Shown here: piece after piece, positions 25,864-36,144 of the stretch
Layout of the letters: every line of letters begins with the position of its first letter
Numbering within the stretch: position 1 is the first letter of the stretch
Source of the DNA: an uncultured Bacilli bacterium
GTDB lineage: Bacteria > Bacillota_I > Bacilli_A > RF39 > UBA660
Reading direction: 5' to 3'
Assembly (NCBI GenBank): GCA_944371905.1
Contig: CALVYA010000005.1
Span: 7,728 to 71,727, forward strand
DNA length: 64,000 nt
The notes under the pieces: generated by a model
What the model was told of the DNA's origin: nothing
Seen by the model: the letters and a program-made list of their open reading frames with translations, nothing else
Database searches by the model: none
Program-made: the position numbers and the translations under genes

Positions 25864-27813
25864 ATGTTTGAATTAGTATCTAAATATAAACCAAGTGGTG
25901 ATCAACCACAGGCAATAAATGAATTGGTTAAAGGTGTTGAAAATGGCAAGAAATATCAAGTTTTACTAGGAGCAACAGGTACAGGTAAAACATTTACGGT
26001 TGCTAATGTTATTGCTAAAGTTAATAAACCTACTCTAGTTTTAGCTCACAATAAAACTTTAGCAGGACAACTTTATTCTGAACTTAAAGAGTTGTTTCCT
26101 GATAATAGAGTAGAATATTTTGTCTCTTATTATGATTATTATCAACCGGAAGCTTATGTTCCTTCTACTGATACTTATATAGAAAAAGATTCTTCTATTA
26201 ATGATGAAATAGATGAATTACGTCATTCGGCTACTAGTGCTTTATTGTCACGAGATGATGTGATTGTAGTAGCTAGTGTTTCTTGTATATACGGTATTGG
26301 TGAAGTAGAAGAATATGAGAATAAAATGTTAACTTTAAATGTAGGAGATACTATTGATCGTGATCAAGTTTTGATGAAATTGATTGATATGTTATATGAA
26401 AGGAATGATATAGATTTTAAACGTGGTACTTTTAGAGTAAAAGGAGACGTTTTAGAAATTATTCCGGCAAGTGATAGAACTAATGGAATTAGAGTAGAGT
26501 TTTTTGGCGATGAAATTGACAGAATTAGTGAAATAGATCCTTTAACAGGTACTATAAAAACTAATAAGAAAACTATTTCAATATTTCCGGCTAGTCATTT
26601 TGTAACTAGTGAAGAAAAATTAAAAGTAGCGTTGAAGACAATCAAAGAAGAATTGCAAGATAGATTGCAATATTTTAAAGAAAATAATAAGCTATTAGAG
26701 TATCAGAGATTAGAACAACGTACTAATTATGATTTGGAAATGTTAGAAGAAACAGGATTTTGTACAGGAGTAGAAAACTATTCTCGTCATTTAGCAGGTA
26801 GAAAGGAAGGAGAAACTCCTACTACTCTTATGGATTTTTTTCCTAAGGATTATTTATTAGTAATAGATGAATCCCATGTTACTATTCCGCAAGTAAGAGG
26901 AATGTATAATGGAGATAGAGCAAGAAAAATGAATTTAGTAGAGTATGGATTTAGATTACCTAGTGCATTAGATAATAGACCATTAAAATTTGACGAATTT
27001 GAAAAGAAAATTAATCAAGTAATATATGTTTCTGCAACTCCAGGTGACTATGAACTAGAAAAAGTTAATAATCATTACGTGGAACAAATAATTAGACCAA
27101 CAGGATTATTAGATCCAATAATAGAAGTGAGAAAAAGTGAAGGACAAATTGATGATTTAGTTGGCGAAATTAAAGTAAGAATGAAAAATAACGAAAGGGT
27201 TTTAATCACTACATTAACGATTCGTATGGCAGAAGAATTAACTAATTATTTGAAGGATTTAGATATTAAGGTAGCATATCTTCATACTGAAGTAAAAACA
27301 TTAGAAAGAATGCAAATAATTAGAGATTTGCGTTTGGGAAAATATGACTGTATCGTAGGAATCAATTTATTAAGAGAAGGAATTGATATACCAGAAGTTA
27401 GTTTAATTGCAATATTAGATGCTGATAAAGAAGGTTTCTTACGTAGTAGTCGCAGTTTAATTCAGACTATAGGACGTTGTGCTAGAAATGCTCATGGGAA
27501 ATGTATTATGTATGGGGATAAAATTACAGATTCTATGGATTATGCTATTAAAGAGACAATGCGTCGTCGCCAAATTCAAGAAGAATATAATAGAGTTCAC
27601 AATATTATTCCTAAAACTATTTCTAAAGAAATACGAGAAGTTATAAGTAATGTTGATGAAAGTAAGGATAAGAAAATTAAAACAACTAAAAAAGAATTGG
27701 TTAAAACAATAGATAAAATAGAGCAAGAAATGAAAGATGCCGCTAAAAATCTTGATTTTGAAAGAGCAATGGAATTACGTGATATTTTATTTGAAATGAA
27801 GAGTGGAATGTAA
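25864..27813 (+). CDS. uvrB: Excinuclease ABC subunit B, full length; codons 1-91 appear to be element-derived
   Basis: 649 aa: [18 protein letters not shown], beta-hairpin region YYQPEAY, C-terminal UVR motif ...[11 protein letters not shown].... I prefer the ATG at 25864 ([15 protein letters not shown]). Confidence 0.93.
   Translation: MFELVSKYKPSGDQPQAINELVKGVENGKKYQVLLGATGTGKTFTVANVIAKVNKPTLVLAHNKTLAGQLYSELKELFPDNRVEYFVSYYDYYQPEAYVPSTDTYIEKDSSINDEIDELRHSATSALLSRDDVIVVASVSCIYGIGEVEEYENKMLTLNVGDTIDRDQVLMKLIDMLYERNDIDFKRGTFRVKGDVLEIIPASDRTNGIRVEFFGDEIDRISEIDPLTGTIKTNKKTISIFPASHFVTSEEKLKVALKTIKEELQDRLQYFKENNKLLEYQRLEQRTNYDLEMLEETGFCTGVENYSRHLAGRKEGETPTTLMDFFPKDYLLVIDESHVTIPQVRGMYNGDRARKMNLVEYGFRLPSALDNRPLKFDEFEKKINQVIYVSATPGDYELEKVNNHYVEQIIRPTGLLDPIIEVRKSEGQIDDLVGEIKVRMKNNERVLITTLTIRMAEELTNYLKDLDIKVAYLHTEVKTLERMQIIRDLRLGKYDCIVGINLLREGIDIPEVSLIAILDADKEGFLRSSRSLIQTIGRCARNAHGKCIMYGDKITDSMDYAIKETMRRRQIQEEYNRVHNIIPKTISKEIREVISNVDESKDKKIKTTKKELVKTIDKIEQEMKDAAKNLDFERAMELRDILFEMKSGM
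26108..26137 (+). repeat. attR core candidate
   Basis: GAGTAGAATATTTTGT and TATTATGATT are identical to the attL blocks. Confidence 0.7.
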
Positions 27814-28652
27814 TGAGATTTAAAAAGATATATATTGAAATCACAAATTATTGTAATTTAAATTGTTCGTTTTGCAATAATAATAATAGATTTAAAAAGT
27901 TTATGAGTGTAAGTGAATTTGAATATATAATTAATGAAATTAAAGATTATACTAATTATGTTTATTTACATGTGAAAGGTGAACCATTATTACATCCAAA
28001 GTTAGAAGAAATTTTAACTGTTTGCGAAAAAAATAATATTAAGGTTAATATCACTACTAATGGAACTTTGATTAAACAACAGAAAGATACTATTTTGAAT
28101 TCGGCATGCGTGAGACAATTAAATTTTTCCTTACATTCGGAAAATAATATATCAACATATTTTGAGGATATTTTTTCTGCTGCGAAAGAATTATCCACAA
28201 AAATGTTTATAAGTTACCGTTTATGGACTCTTAAAGATTATAAATTGGATAAAAAATCAACAGAAATTGTGCAAAAAATAATTGATTCTTATAAATTATC
28301 TACAGAAACAGTGGATAAACTTTTAAATTGTACTTCAGTGGAAATTTTTTTCAACACATTTGTGAATAAAGATAATTTATTTTCGTGGCCAGATATAAAT
28401 AATGAAGAAGAACAAAACCATTTTTGTTACGGTTTAAAAACTCATATTGGAATATTAGTAGATGGAACAGTAGTGCCTTGTTGTTTAGATGGAGAAGGGA
28501 TTATCCAGTTAGGAAATATTTTCAATGAAAAACTAAATGACATTTTACATAGTAATCGAGCAAAAAAAATAATGAAAGGTTTTACTAATAATAAATGTGT
28601 GGAAAAATTATGCTTAAAATGTACTTTTAAAAATAGATTTGATTATAAATAA
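27813..28652 (+). CDS. Radical SAM protein with a C-terminal SPASM/twitch-like Cys cluster
   Basis: IEITNYCNLNCSFC (Cx3Cx2C). C-terminal ...C...GTVVPCC...(about 45 aa)...CVEKLCLKC. TAATG overlap with the uvrB stop. Confidence 0.8.
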   Translation: MRFKKIYIEITNYCNLNCSFCNNNNRFKKFMSVSEFEYIINEIKDYTNYVYLHVKGEPLLHPKLEEILTVCEKNNIKVNITTNGTLIKQQKDTILNSACVRQLNFSLHSENNISTYFEDIFSAAKELSTKMFISYRLWTLKDYKLDKKSTEIVQKIIDSYKLSTETVDKLLNCTSVEIFFNTFVNKDNLFSWPDINNEEEQNHFCYGLKTHIGILVDGTVVPCCLDGEGIIQLGNIFNEKLNDILHSNRAKKIMKGFTNNKCVEKLCLKCTFKNRFDYK

Positions 28653-28689
28653 TTTGTGGTATAATACATTTGATTTGTGGAGTGATAAT

Positions 28690-29277
28690 ATGGCTAATAA
28701 AAATGCAGAAATGCTAAAAGTTTTTTTGGGAGTAATGAGAAATGATAACAATTATGTTAATTTAGTTATTCCTAATTGCTATGTAAAGGATGTTTATAGT
28801 ATAAATTATGAAGATTTATATCAACGAGGATACCATAACATTGTCTTTGATGTGGATAATACGTTGTTACCAGTCAATGATACTAATGTTCCACAATCTT
28901 TAATAGAGTTGTTTGAGTACTTAAAAAATGGTGGATTTAATATATGTGTTGTATCCAATAATGAAGAGGAAAGAGTAAAATATCCAGCAGATAAATTAGG
29001 TGTTTTATATTTATCTAAAGCAAACAAGCCCAATAAAGAAGCATTTGATAGGGCACTAGATATATTAGAATCGGGTAGTAATGATACTATTATGGTTGGA
29101 GATCAAATGTTAAGTGATATTAAGGGAGCCAATGAATATGGTTTGTATACTATTTTAGTAGACCCCCTTGAAGATAAATATGACATTAAGACAGGGACAA
29201 GTAGGGTCTTACAAAATATTATGATAAAGAAGTTGAGTAAAAAAAATATATTTCATAAAAATAATTATTATAAGTAG
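28690..29277 (+). CDS. YqeG-family HAD-IIIA phosphatase
   Basis: VFDVDNTLLP, VVSNN, and GDQMLSDIKGANEYGLYTILVDPL. I prefer the ATG at 28690 after GGAG. Confidence 0.8.
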   Translation: MANKNAEMLKVFLGVMRNDNNYVNLVIPNCYVKDVYSINYEDLYQRGYHNIVFDVDNTLLPVNDTNVPQSLIELFEYLKNGGFNICVVSNNEEERVKYPADKLGVLYLSKANKPNKEAFDRALDILESGSNDTIMVGDQMLSDIKGANEYGLYTILVDPLEDKYDIKTGTSRVLQNIMIKKLSKKNIFHKNNYYK

Positions 29278-29289
29278 TAGGTGACTAAC

Positions 29290-32097
29290 ATGAATGAAAT
29301 AATTATAAAAGGGGCAAGAGAGAACAATTTAAAAAATATTGATTTAACTCTTCCTAAAAACAAATTAATTGTAATGACAGGTGTATCAGGAAGTGGAAAA
29401 AGTAGTTTGGCTTTTGATACAATATATGCTGAAGGACAGAGACGTTATGTTGAAAGTTTAAGTGCATATGCAAGACAATTCTTAGGTGGAACAGAAAAGC
29501 CAGATGTGGATTCTATTGAGGGACTTTCACCTTCTATTAGCATTGATCAAAAAACAACCAATAAAAATCCACGTTCAACAGTAGGAACGGTAACTGAAAT
29601 ATATGATTATCTCCGATTATTGTATGCTAGAATAGGAACTCCTTATTGTCCTAATCATCATATACCAATAAAAGCGCAAAGTGTAGAAGAAATGGTAAAT
29701 AAGCTACTTGAATATGAATTAGGAACTCGATTTGTCATTATGGCGCCGGTAGTTCATGGTGAAAAGGGAACACATAAGGATTTGTTTGAGAAATTGCGTA
29801 ATGATGGGTTTGTTAGAGTACGAGTAAATGGTGAAATACATGATTTATCTGAAGATATAAATTTAGATAAAAATATTAAAGATAATATAGACGTTATTGT
29901 AGATAGATTAATTTTAAAAGAAGATATAAGAGGCAGATTACATGAATCTATCGAAGTTGCTACTAAATTAGCCCATGGAAAAGTAGTGATAGAAATTCCT
30001 GGTAATAAAGAAATTTTGTTTTCAGAAAGTTTCGCATGTCCTTATTGTGAATTTTCATTACCAGAACTAGAGCCAAGGTTATTTAGTTTTAATTCACCAT
30101 ATGGAGCTTGTCCTGATTGTAAAGGATTAGGGATTAAGTTAAATATTGATCCTGAGTTAGTCATTCCTAATTCAGATTTATCTATTAATGATGGATGTAT
30201 TGCTACCTTAAGTGATGATCAAGAAGGGATTTATTATAAAAGATTGGAAGCAGTTTGTAACTATTATGATATTGATATGAATCAACCATTTAAAGAATTA
30301 ACTAAAAAAGAAAAACAAATTGTTTTATATGGTTCTCCTGATAAAGTAGATTTTAAATATACAACAAAAGGCGGAACTTCCTATAATCAAAAAGATTATT
30401 ATGAAGGAATTATTACTAATTTGCAACGACGATATATGGAAACTAGCAGCAATTGGATTAGAGAATGGTTAGAAAATTACATGGTAGAAAAAGAATGCGA
30501 AACATGTAAAGGAGCAAGGCTAACAGATAGTGTGTTATCGGTATTGATTAATAAAAAAAATATCTATCAGATGACTTGTATGAGTATAAAAGAATTAGTC
30601 GATTTTTTTGATGAATTACATCTTACTAAAGAGCAAGAAAAAATCTCTGGGTTATTAATAAAAGAAATTAAAAATAGGTTAAATTTTCTTAAAAATGTAG
30701 GGCTAGAGTATTTAACATTAAATAGGATGGCAGGTACTTTATCAGGAGGAGAAGCACAAAGAATCCGCTTAGCTACTCAAATAGGTTCTAGACTTACTGG
30801 AGTTTTGTATGTTTTAGATGAACCTAGTATTGGACTTCACCAAAGAGATAATGACAGATTAATAAAAGCTTTAGAAGAAATGCGTGATTTAGGAAATACT
30901 TTGATTGTTGTTGAACATGATACTGATACTATGTTAGCTGCAGATTATTTAGTGGATGTTGGACCAGGTGCTGGTGAAAATGGTGGTGAAATAGTAGCCG
31001 CCGGTACTCCAGAAGAGGTAATGAAAAATGATCATAGTATCACAGGCCGTTATTTAATTGGTAAAGAAAAAATTGAAATTCCCAAGGAGAGAAGAAAAGG
31101 GAATGGATTATTTATTGAAGTAAAAGGTGCTCGTGAAAATAATTTAAAAAATATTAATGTTAAATTTCCTTTAGGAACATTTACTTGTGTTACTGGAGTA
31201 TCAGGAAGTGGAAAAAGTAGTTTAGTAATGGAAATATTATGTAAAGCGGCATTAAATTATTTATATCATACTAAAGATAAGCCAGGGAAACACAAAAAAA
31301 TTATAGGGTTAGAAAATATTGATAAAGTGGTGGATATAACACAGAATCCAATAGGAAGAACTCCTCGTAGTAATCCTGCTACTTATACCGGTGTATTTGA
31401 CGATATAAGAACTTTATTTACAACAACGAAAGAAGCTAAAATGTACGGATTTGGCAAAGAAAGATTTTCTTTTAATGTTAAAGGCGGAAGATGTGAAGCC
31501 TGTCGTGGAGATGGTGTTAAAAAAATAGAAATGCATTTTTTGCCAGATGTTTATATTCCTTGTGAAGTTTGTCACGGAACTAGATATAATAGCGAGACTT
31601 TAAAAATAAAGTATAAAGGAAAAAATATAGCAGAAGTTTTAGATATGCGTGTTAAAGAAGCTTTAGAGTTTTTTGAAAATATTCCTAAAATAAAAAATAA
31701 ACTACAAGTTCTATATGATGTTGGGTTAGGATATATTAAATTAGGACAAAGTGCTCCTACTTTATCAGGAGGAGAGGCTGGTAGAGTTAAATTAGCTAAA
31801 GAATTACAAAGAAAAGCAACAGGAAAAACTTTATTTATTTTAGATGAGCCTACCACTGGATTACATTCAGCGGATATTAAGAGATTACTTGCAATTATTC
31901 AAAAAATAGTGGATAATAATGATACAGTAATAGTAATAGAGCATAATTTGGATATGATTAAAACTGCCGATTATATTATTGATATCGGTCCAAACGGTGG
32001 AGATGCTGGTGGAGAGATAGTTGCAACTGGAACTCCAGAGCAAATTGTTAAAAATAAGAATTCATATACCGGAATGTTCTTAAGTAAAATGTTATAG
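29290..32097 (+). CDS. uvrA: Excinuclease ABC subunit A
   Basis: Two ABC modules ([10 protein letters not shown] twice, LSGGEAQR / LSGGEAGR) and zinc modules (CPYC...CPDC; CEAC...CEVC). Confidence 0.95.
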   Translation: MNEIIIKGARENNLKNIDLTLPKNKLIVMTGVSGSGKSSLAFDTIYAEGQRRYVESLSAYARQFLGGTEKPDVDSIEGLSPSISIDQKTTNKNPRSTVGTVTEIYDYLRLLYARIGTPYCPNHHIPIKAQSVEEMVNKLLEYELGTRFVIMAPVVHGEKGTHKDLFEKLRNDGFVRVRVNGEIHDLSEDINLDKNIKDNIDVIVDRLILKEDIRGRLHESIEVATKLAHGKVVIEIPGNKEILFSESFACPYCEFSLPELEPRLFSFNSPYGACPDCKGLGIKLNIDPELVIPNSDLSINDGCIATLSDDQEGIYYKRLEAVCNYYDIDMNQPFKELTKKEKQIVLYGSPDKVDFKYTTKGGTSYNQKDYYEGIITNLQRRYMETSSNWIREWLENYMVEKECETCKGARLTDSVLSVLINKKNIYQMTCMSIKELVDFFDELHLTKEQEKISGLLIKEIKNRLNFLKNVGLEYLTLNRMAGTLSGGEAQRIRLATQIGSRLTGVLYVLDEPSIGLHQRDNDRLIKALEEMRDLGNTLIVVEHDTDTMLAADYLVDVGPGAGENGGEIVAAGTPEEVMKNDHSITGRYLIGKEKIEIPKERRKGNGLFIEVKGARENNLKNINVKFPLGTFTCVTGVSGSGKSSLVMEILCKAALNYLYHTKDKPGKHKKIIGLENIDKVVDITQNPIGRTPRSNPATYTGVFDDIRTLFTTTKEAKMYGFGKERFSFNVKGGRCEACRGDGVKKIEMHFLPDVYIPCEVCHGTRYNSETLKIKYKGKNIAEVLDMRVKEALEFFENIPKIKNKLQVLYDVGLGYIKLGQSAPTLSGGEAGRVKLAKELQRKATGKTLFILDEPTTGLHSADIKRLLAIIQKIVDNNDTVIVIEHNLDMIKTADYIIDIGPNGGDAGGEIVATGTPEQIVKNKNSYTGMFLSKML

Positions 32098-32105
32098 GAG
32101 GCACT

Positions 32106-32537
32106 ATGAAAATAGTAATTGTTGATAATAATGATAAAGTACGATTAAATAAACTTTTAGAATGGTTTATTTATATGTTTGGTTATACAGTATCGTTTTT
32201 ATTAATATCTTTGTTGTTTGGTAGTAGTTTCCAAATCGATACAGAGCATAAAATTATTTATTCCTTTGTAGCGGTAGTATTAATTTTTTTACTTAATAAA
32301 ACAGTAAAACCAATATTATTTAAGCTAACTCTTCCAATTACAGGATTAACAATGGGTTTATTCTATTTCGTAATTAATATGGTTATTTTAAAGTTAGTAG
32401 ATTTTATTATGTTAGATAAATTGAACTTTATTGGAACTTGGAAATTATTTTTTATAGCTATATTATTAGCTATTACTAATGTTGTCATAGAACAATTAAT
32501 TATTAAACCAATTGTAAGGAGGTTTAAGAAAAAATGA
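32106..32537 (+). CDS. YvlD/holin-4-family (DUF360) small membrane protein
   Basis: 143 aa, 4 TM, ...LTLPITGLTMGLFYFVINMVILKLV.... Its TGA stop overlaps the lgt ATG. Confidence 0.6.
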   Translation: MKIVIVDNNDKVRLNKLLEWFIYMFGYTVSFLLISLLFGSSFQIDTEHKIIYSFVAVVLIFLLNKTVKPILFKLTLPITGLTMGLFYFVINMVILKLVDFIMLDKLNFIGTWKLFFIAILLAITNVVIEQLIIKPIVRRFKKK

Positions 32538-33349
32538 ATAGAGTAGCACTAGATTTAGGTTTTATTCAAATATATTGGTATTCCATTTTTATTTTACTGG
32601 GGTTATTAATGGGATTAACCGTAATATATAAAGAAATAAAAAAACAGAAGATAAATACTGATTTTTTTACGAATTTGGCTTTTTATTCTATTATTATAGG
32701 AATTATTTCAGCAAGATTATATTATGTTTTATTTAATTTAGATTATTATAGTCAAAACATTTTAGAAATCTTTGAAATTTGGAATGGTGGTCTTGCAATT
32801 CATGGAGGCTTGCTTGGTGGGGGATTATTTGCTTTATTTTATTGTCACAAATATAAAGTGAATACTTATAGAATATTTGATATATGTGTTGTCGGATTAA
32901 TTTTAGCACAAGCTATAGGTAGATGGGGAAATTTCTTTAATCAAGAAGCTTATGGCATGTTAACTACTAAAGAGACATTATTATCACTACATATACCTGA
33001 TTTTATTATTAATGGAATGTATATTAATGGGGAATATTATCATCCGGCGTTTTTATATGAATCTTTGTGGAATATTTTAGGATTTATTGTATTAATTATA
33101 ATTCGAAAAGTATTTAAATATTTAAAGACTGGTCAGTTAACAGGAGTATATTTAATTTGGTATTCTGTAGGTAGAATTTTTATTGAAGGTATGAGAACCG
33201 ATAGTTTAATGCTAGGGGGATTGAAAGTTGCACAATTAGTATCTATTCTATTAATTATATCTGGTATAGTATTAATCATTATTCGAAAGAAAGGCTCACG
33301 ATTCGATAATCTATATCGTGAAGGTGAAAAAAATGAAGTCAAGTTTTGA
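32534..33349 (+). CDS. lgt: Prolipoprotein diacylglyceryl transferase
   Basis: ...IYWYSIFI..., WNGGLAIHGGLLGG, AIGRWGNFFNQEAYG, HPAFLYESLWN. Confidence 0.92.
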   Translation: MNRVALDLGFIQIYWYSIFILLGLLMGLTVIYKEIKKQKINTDFFTNLAFYSIIIGIISARLYYVLFNLDYYSQNILEIFEIWNGGLAIHGGLLGGGLFALFYCHKYKVNTYRIFDICVVGLILAQAIGRWGNFFNQEAYGMLTTKETLLSLHIPDFIINGMYINGEYYHPAFLYESLWNILGFIVLIIIRKVFKYLKTGQLTGVYLIWYSVGRIFIEGMRTDSLMLGGLKVAQLVSILLIISGIVLIIIRKKGSRFDNLYREGEKNEVKF

Positions 33350-34247
33350 CGTAGTTATTATTGGTGCTGGTGTAGCCGGTATGACAGCAGCTATTTATTT
33401 GAAAAGAAGTGGTATTGATTGTTGTATTTTAGAAAGAGAAGTTCCTGGTGGGCAAATAAATAAGTCATCATCAGTAAAAAACTATCCTGGATTTATAGAC
33501 ATTACTGGTCCTGATTTATCTAATAGCATTTTTAAACAAGTAACGGAATTAGGTGTGGTTTATAAATATGGTAATGTCTTAAAAATAGAGTTAAAGCAAG
33601 ATATGAAAGTGATTAAAACCGATTTAGAAGAAATATCTGCAAAGAGAATTATCATTGCTACTGGAAGAAAACCTAGAAAATTAGATATTAAAGGAGAAGA
33701 TAAGTTAGTTGGAAAAGGGGTTAGTTATTGTGCCTTATGTGATGCTAATTTCTTTAAAAATCAAGATGTAGCAGTTATAGGGGGGGCTAACAGTGCTTTA
33801 GAAGAAGCCATTTACTTATCTGGAATATGTAAAACAGTAACGATTATTCATAGAAAAAGTGAATTTACTGCAGAAGATATTTTTAAGGAAAAAATAAAAA
33901 ATATTTCTAATATAAAACTAAAATTAGGATATGTAGTAAAAGGGTTAATGATGAAAGATGAAAAATTATCGTCAATTATTATTCAAAATGATAATAAAGA
34001 AGAAGAGTTATTAGTAAAGGGATGTTTTATATATATAGGACAAATCCCTTCTAGTGAGGCTTTCAAAAATATTTTAAAATTTGATAAAGATGGATATATT
34101 AAAGTAAATAAACACAATGAAACTAATATTAAAGGTATATATGCGGCAGGAGATATTATAAAAAAAGATGCTTATCAATTATTAACTGCTATGAGTGATG
34201 GAGTGATTGCAGCAGTAAATTGTATCAAAGATATCAAAAATAATTAA
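33333..34247 (+). CDS. trxB: Thioredoxin-disulfide reductase
   Basis: VIIGAGVAGMTAA, redox-active CALCD, GGANSALEEA, and GIYAAGDI. I prefer the ATG at 33333 after GAAGGTGA. Confidence 0.88.
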   Translation: MKSSFDVVIIGAGVAGMTAAIYLKRSGIDCCILEREVPGGQINKSSSVKNYPGFIDITGPDLSNSIFKQVTELGVVYKYGNVLKIELKQDMKVIKTDLEEISAKRIIIATGRKPRKLDIKGEDKLVGKGVSYCALCDANFFKNQDVAVIGGANSALEEAIYLSGICKTVTIIHRKSEFTAEDIFKEKIKNISNIKLKLGYVVKGLMMKDEKLSSIIIQNDNKEEELLVKGCFIYIGQIPSSEAFKNILKFDKDGYIKVNKHNETNIKGIYAAGDIIKKDAYQLLTAMSDGVIAAVNCIKDIKNN

Positions 34248-34335
34248 TATTTCTTGACTAAAAAACACTTATGTGCTATTTTATAACTGACACATCAAAG
34301 TGTTTTTATTTTGGTAAAATAAGGTAGGGGATATT

Positions 34336-34668
34336 ATGGTAAAAGAAACGAAAAAAACAAAGAAAAAATCTGAAATGGAAAAGAAAGCAACAAAACAAGA
34401 AATGGTAGAAAAAGGAAAGAAAAATATTACTAAGAAAAAGGAAAACAAAAAGGTAGAAAAAAAAGATAATAAACAAAAAAAAGTTGGTTTATTTAAGAAA
34501 ATAAGCAATTGGTTTAAATCTGTTATCAAAGAAGTTTCCAAGGTTAGATGGACACCAAAAAAAGAAATGATTAAATACTCTATTGCTACAATTGTTTTTA
34601 TCATTTTCTTTGCACTATTCTTCTATGCTATTGAATTATTAATGGCATTCTTAAAATCTTTAATATAG
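34336..34668 (+). CDS. secE: Preprotein translocase subunit SecE with a long Lys-rich N-terminal extension
   Basis: C-terminal ...VIKEVSKVRWTPKKEMIKYSIATIVFIIFFALFFYAIE... is the canonical SecE TM segment. Directly upstream of nusG. Confidence 0.85.
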   Translation: MVKETKKTKKKSEMEKKATKQEMVEKGKKNITKKKENKKVEKKDNKQKKVGLFKKISNWFKSVIKEVSKVRWTPKKEMIKYSIATIVFIIFFALFFYAIELLMAFLKSLI

Positions 34669-34678
34669 GGGTGAATTT

Positions 34679-35212
34679 ATGGAAAAACAATGGTATGTAG
34701 TAAATACTTATTCAGGGCATGAAAGTAAAGTAAAAGAAAAACTTGAAATGAAAGCAAACTCTATGGATATGAAAGATTATATTTTTAGAGTAATTATTCC
34801 AGAGCAAAAAGAAATTGAAGTAAAAGATGGCGTACAAAAAGAAAAAGTAAAAAAAATGTTCCCTGGATATATTTTAGTAGAAATGGTCATGAGTGATGAA
34901 GCTTGGTATGTAGTAAGAAATACTCCAGGAGTTACAGGTTTTATTGGTTCAAGCGGAAAAGGAGCTAAACCTACACCATTACAACCATACGAAGTAGATA
35001 CTATTTTAAGAAATATGGGAATTAGTAGATTTGAATCCGACCAAGAACTAGAAGTAGGTACAAAAGTAAAAATTGTTGCAGGACCATTTAACGGAATGTA
35101 TGGTACTATTTCTAATATTGATATGCCAAATCAAAAATTAGAACTAAATGTTGATTTATTTGGACAAGAAACATCAGTTGAGGTAGAGTTATCACAAATA
35201 GAGGTGGCATAA
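34679..35212 (+). CDS. nusG: Transcription termination/antitermination factor NusG
   Basis: WYVVNTYSGHE, PGYILVEM, the VRNTPGVTGFIG NGN domain, and a KOW region (GTKVKIVAGPFNGMYG). Confidence 0.93.
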   Translation: MEKQWYVVNTYSGHESKVKEKLEMKANSMDMKDYIFRVIIPEQKEIEVKDGVQKEKVKKMFPGYILVEMVMSDEAWYVVRNTPGVTGFIGSSGKGAKPTPLQPYEVDTILRNMGISRFESDQELEVGTKVKIVAGPFNGMYGTISNIDMPNQKLELNVDLFGQETSVEVELSQIEVA

Positions 35213-35213
35213 T

Positions 35214-36074
35214 ATGAGTTTAAAAATCAATAGTGAATCTAAAATTGCACAAGAAAGATATATTGAATTAAAACAACTAGCATATAATTATTATGAACAG
35301 TATAATTCTTTAGATCGAAGATCGAGAAAAAGCTTTTTAGATGCACTACCTGAAATGAATACTCCTTATGAAACAGCGATTTTGCGTAATACATTACTTT
35401 TTCCTGATACTTTTGAATTATTGGTGACACCTAAAGGGGCATTATATAGAGTATTAAATAAATTTACAAAGGATAATGATGATATTACTAAAGAAGATAT
35501 GATGGCTAAATACTTAGAATATAGTGTGCAACATACACCAAATTTAGTAAAAGAAGGTCTTTTAAAAGTAATGGATAATATTAATTATCCAGACAATAGT
35601 ATTAATGATAAAGATTATATATCATTAAAAGAAGAAGTTTTAGGTATAAGTGATCAATTTATGAGTTTATCTTTGCAGAAAAAAGTAAAGTTCATTTTGA
35701 AATGTACTGAGGAAGAAGATTATCAGGCAAAAATACAACTATCTACTTTATTAATTCCGAATGATATACTTTTAATGAAACAATTGAAGGAATCATCGAT
35801 TAGTGAATTAGCTCGTTTATATGGCGTTCCAACTAGTGTGATAGAATTTAAAAAAGAAGAGTATGAGAAACAAGATACATCAACTTTGATAGCACAAGGT
35901 AAAATTAGTACTTCCAATTTTACTCTAGCATGGTATAAAGATAGAATAGACGAAGGAATGATCAATCAAATATGGGATCAGAGTTTTTATCACAAAATTG
36001 AGATGGAATATATAAGTAATGCGAATAAAGCACTAGAAAACATGTTTGGACAATCCAAAAAAGTAAATAAATAA
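35214..36074 (+). CDS. Hypothetical 286-aa protein inserted between nusG and rplK
   Basis: GAGGTGG RBS, start 2 nt after the nusG stop. No recognisable catalytic motif; possible HTH-like stretch ...ISELARLYGVPTSVIEFKK.... Confidence 0.6.
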   Translation: MSLKINSESKIAQERYIELKQLAYNYYEQYNSLDRRSRKSFLDALPEMNTPYETAILRNTLLFPDTFELLVTPKGALYRVLNKFTKDNDDITKEDMMAKYLEYSVQHTPNLVKEGLLKVMDNINYPDNSINDKDYISLKEEVLGISDQFMSLSLQKKVKFILKCTEEEDYQAKIQLSTLLIPNDILLMKQLKESSISELARLYGVPTSVIEFKKEEYEKQDTSTLIAQGKISTSNFTLAWYKDRIDEGMINQIWDQSFYHKIEMEYISNANKALENMFGQSKKVNK

Positions 36075-36144
36075 CTAGTAATTGTTGATTTTTATTAAAA
36101 ATAATGATATTATTTAAACGCTATATTTAATTTATATAGATTTA

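Larger units (their letters stand above)
10640..26137 (+). mobile_element. ~15.5-kb integrative element inserted within uvrB (tyrosine-integrase type; non-conjugative and non-phage by gene content)
   Basis: Bounded by direct repeats of the uvrB 5' region whose identity ends at TATTATGATT (10640-49 / 26128-37). Carries xis plus two integrases at the right end, a further recombinase, replication-type ATPases, SSB and HTH regulators. Confidence 0.85.

Noticed and set aside
34281-34604. A 107-aa minus-strand ORF overlapping secE.
   Set aside because: It mirrors the Lys-rich (AAA/AAG) region of secE as a Phe/Leu-rich artefact. secE on the plus strand has an RBS and the canonical C-terminal TM segment.
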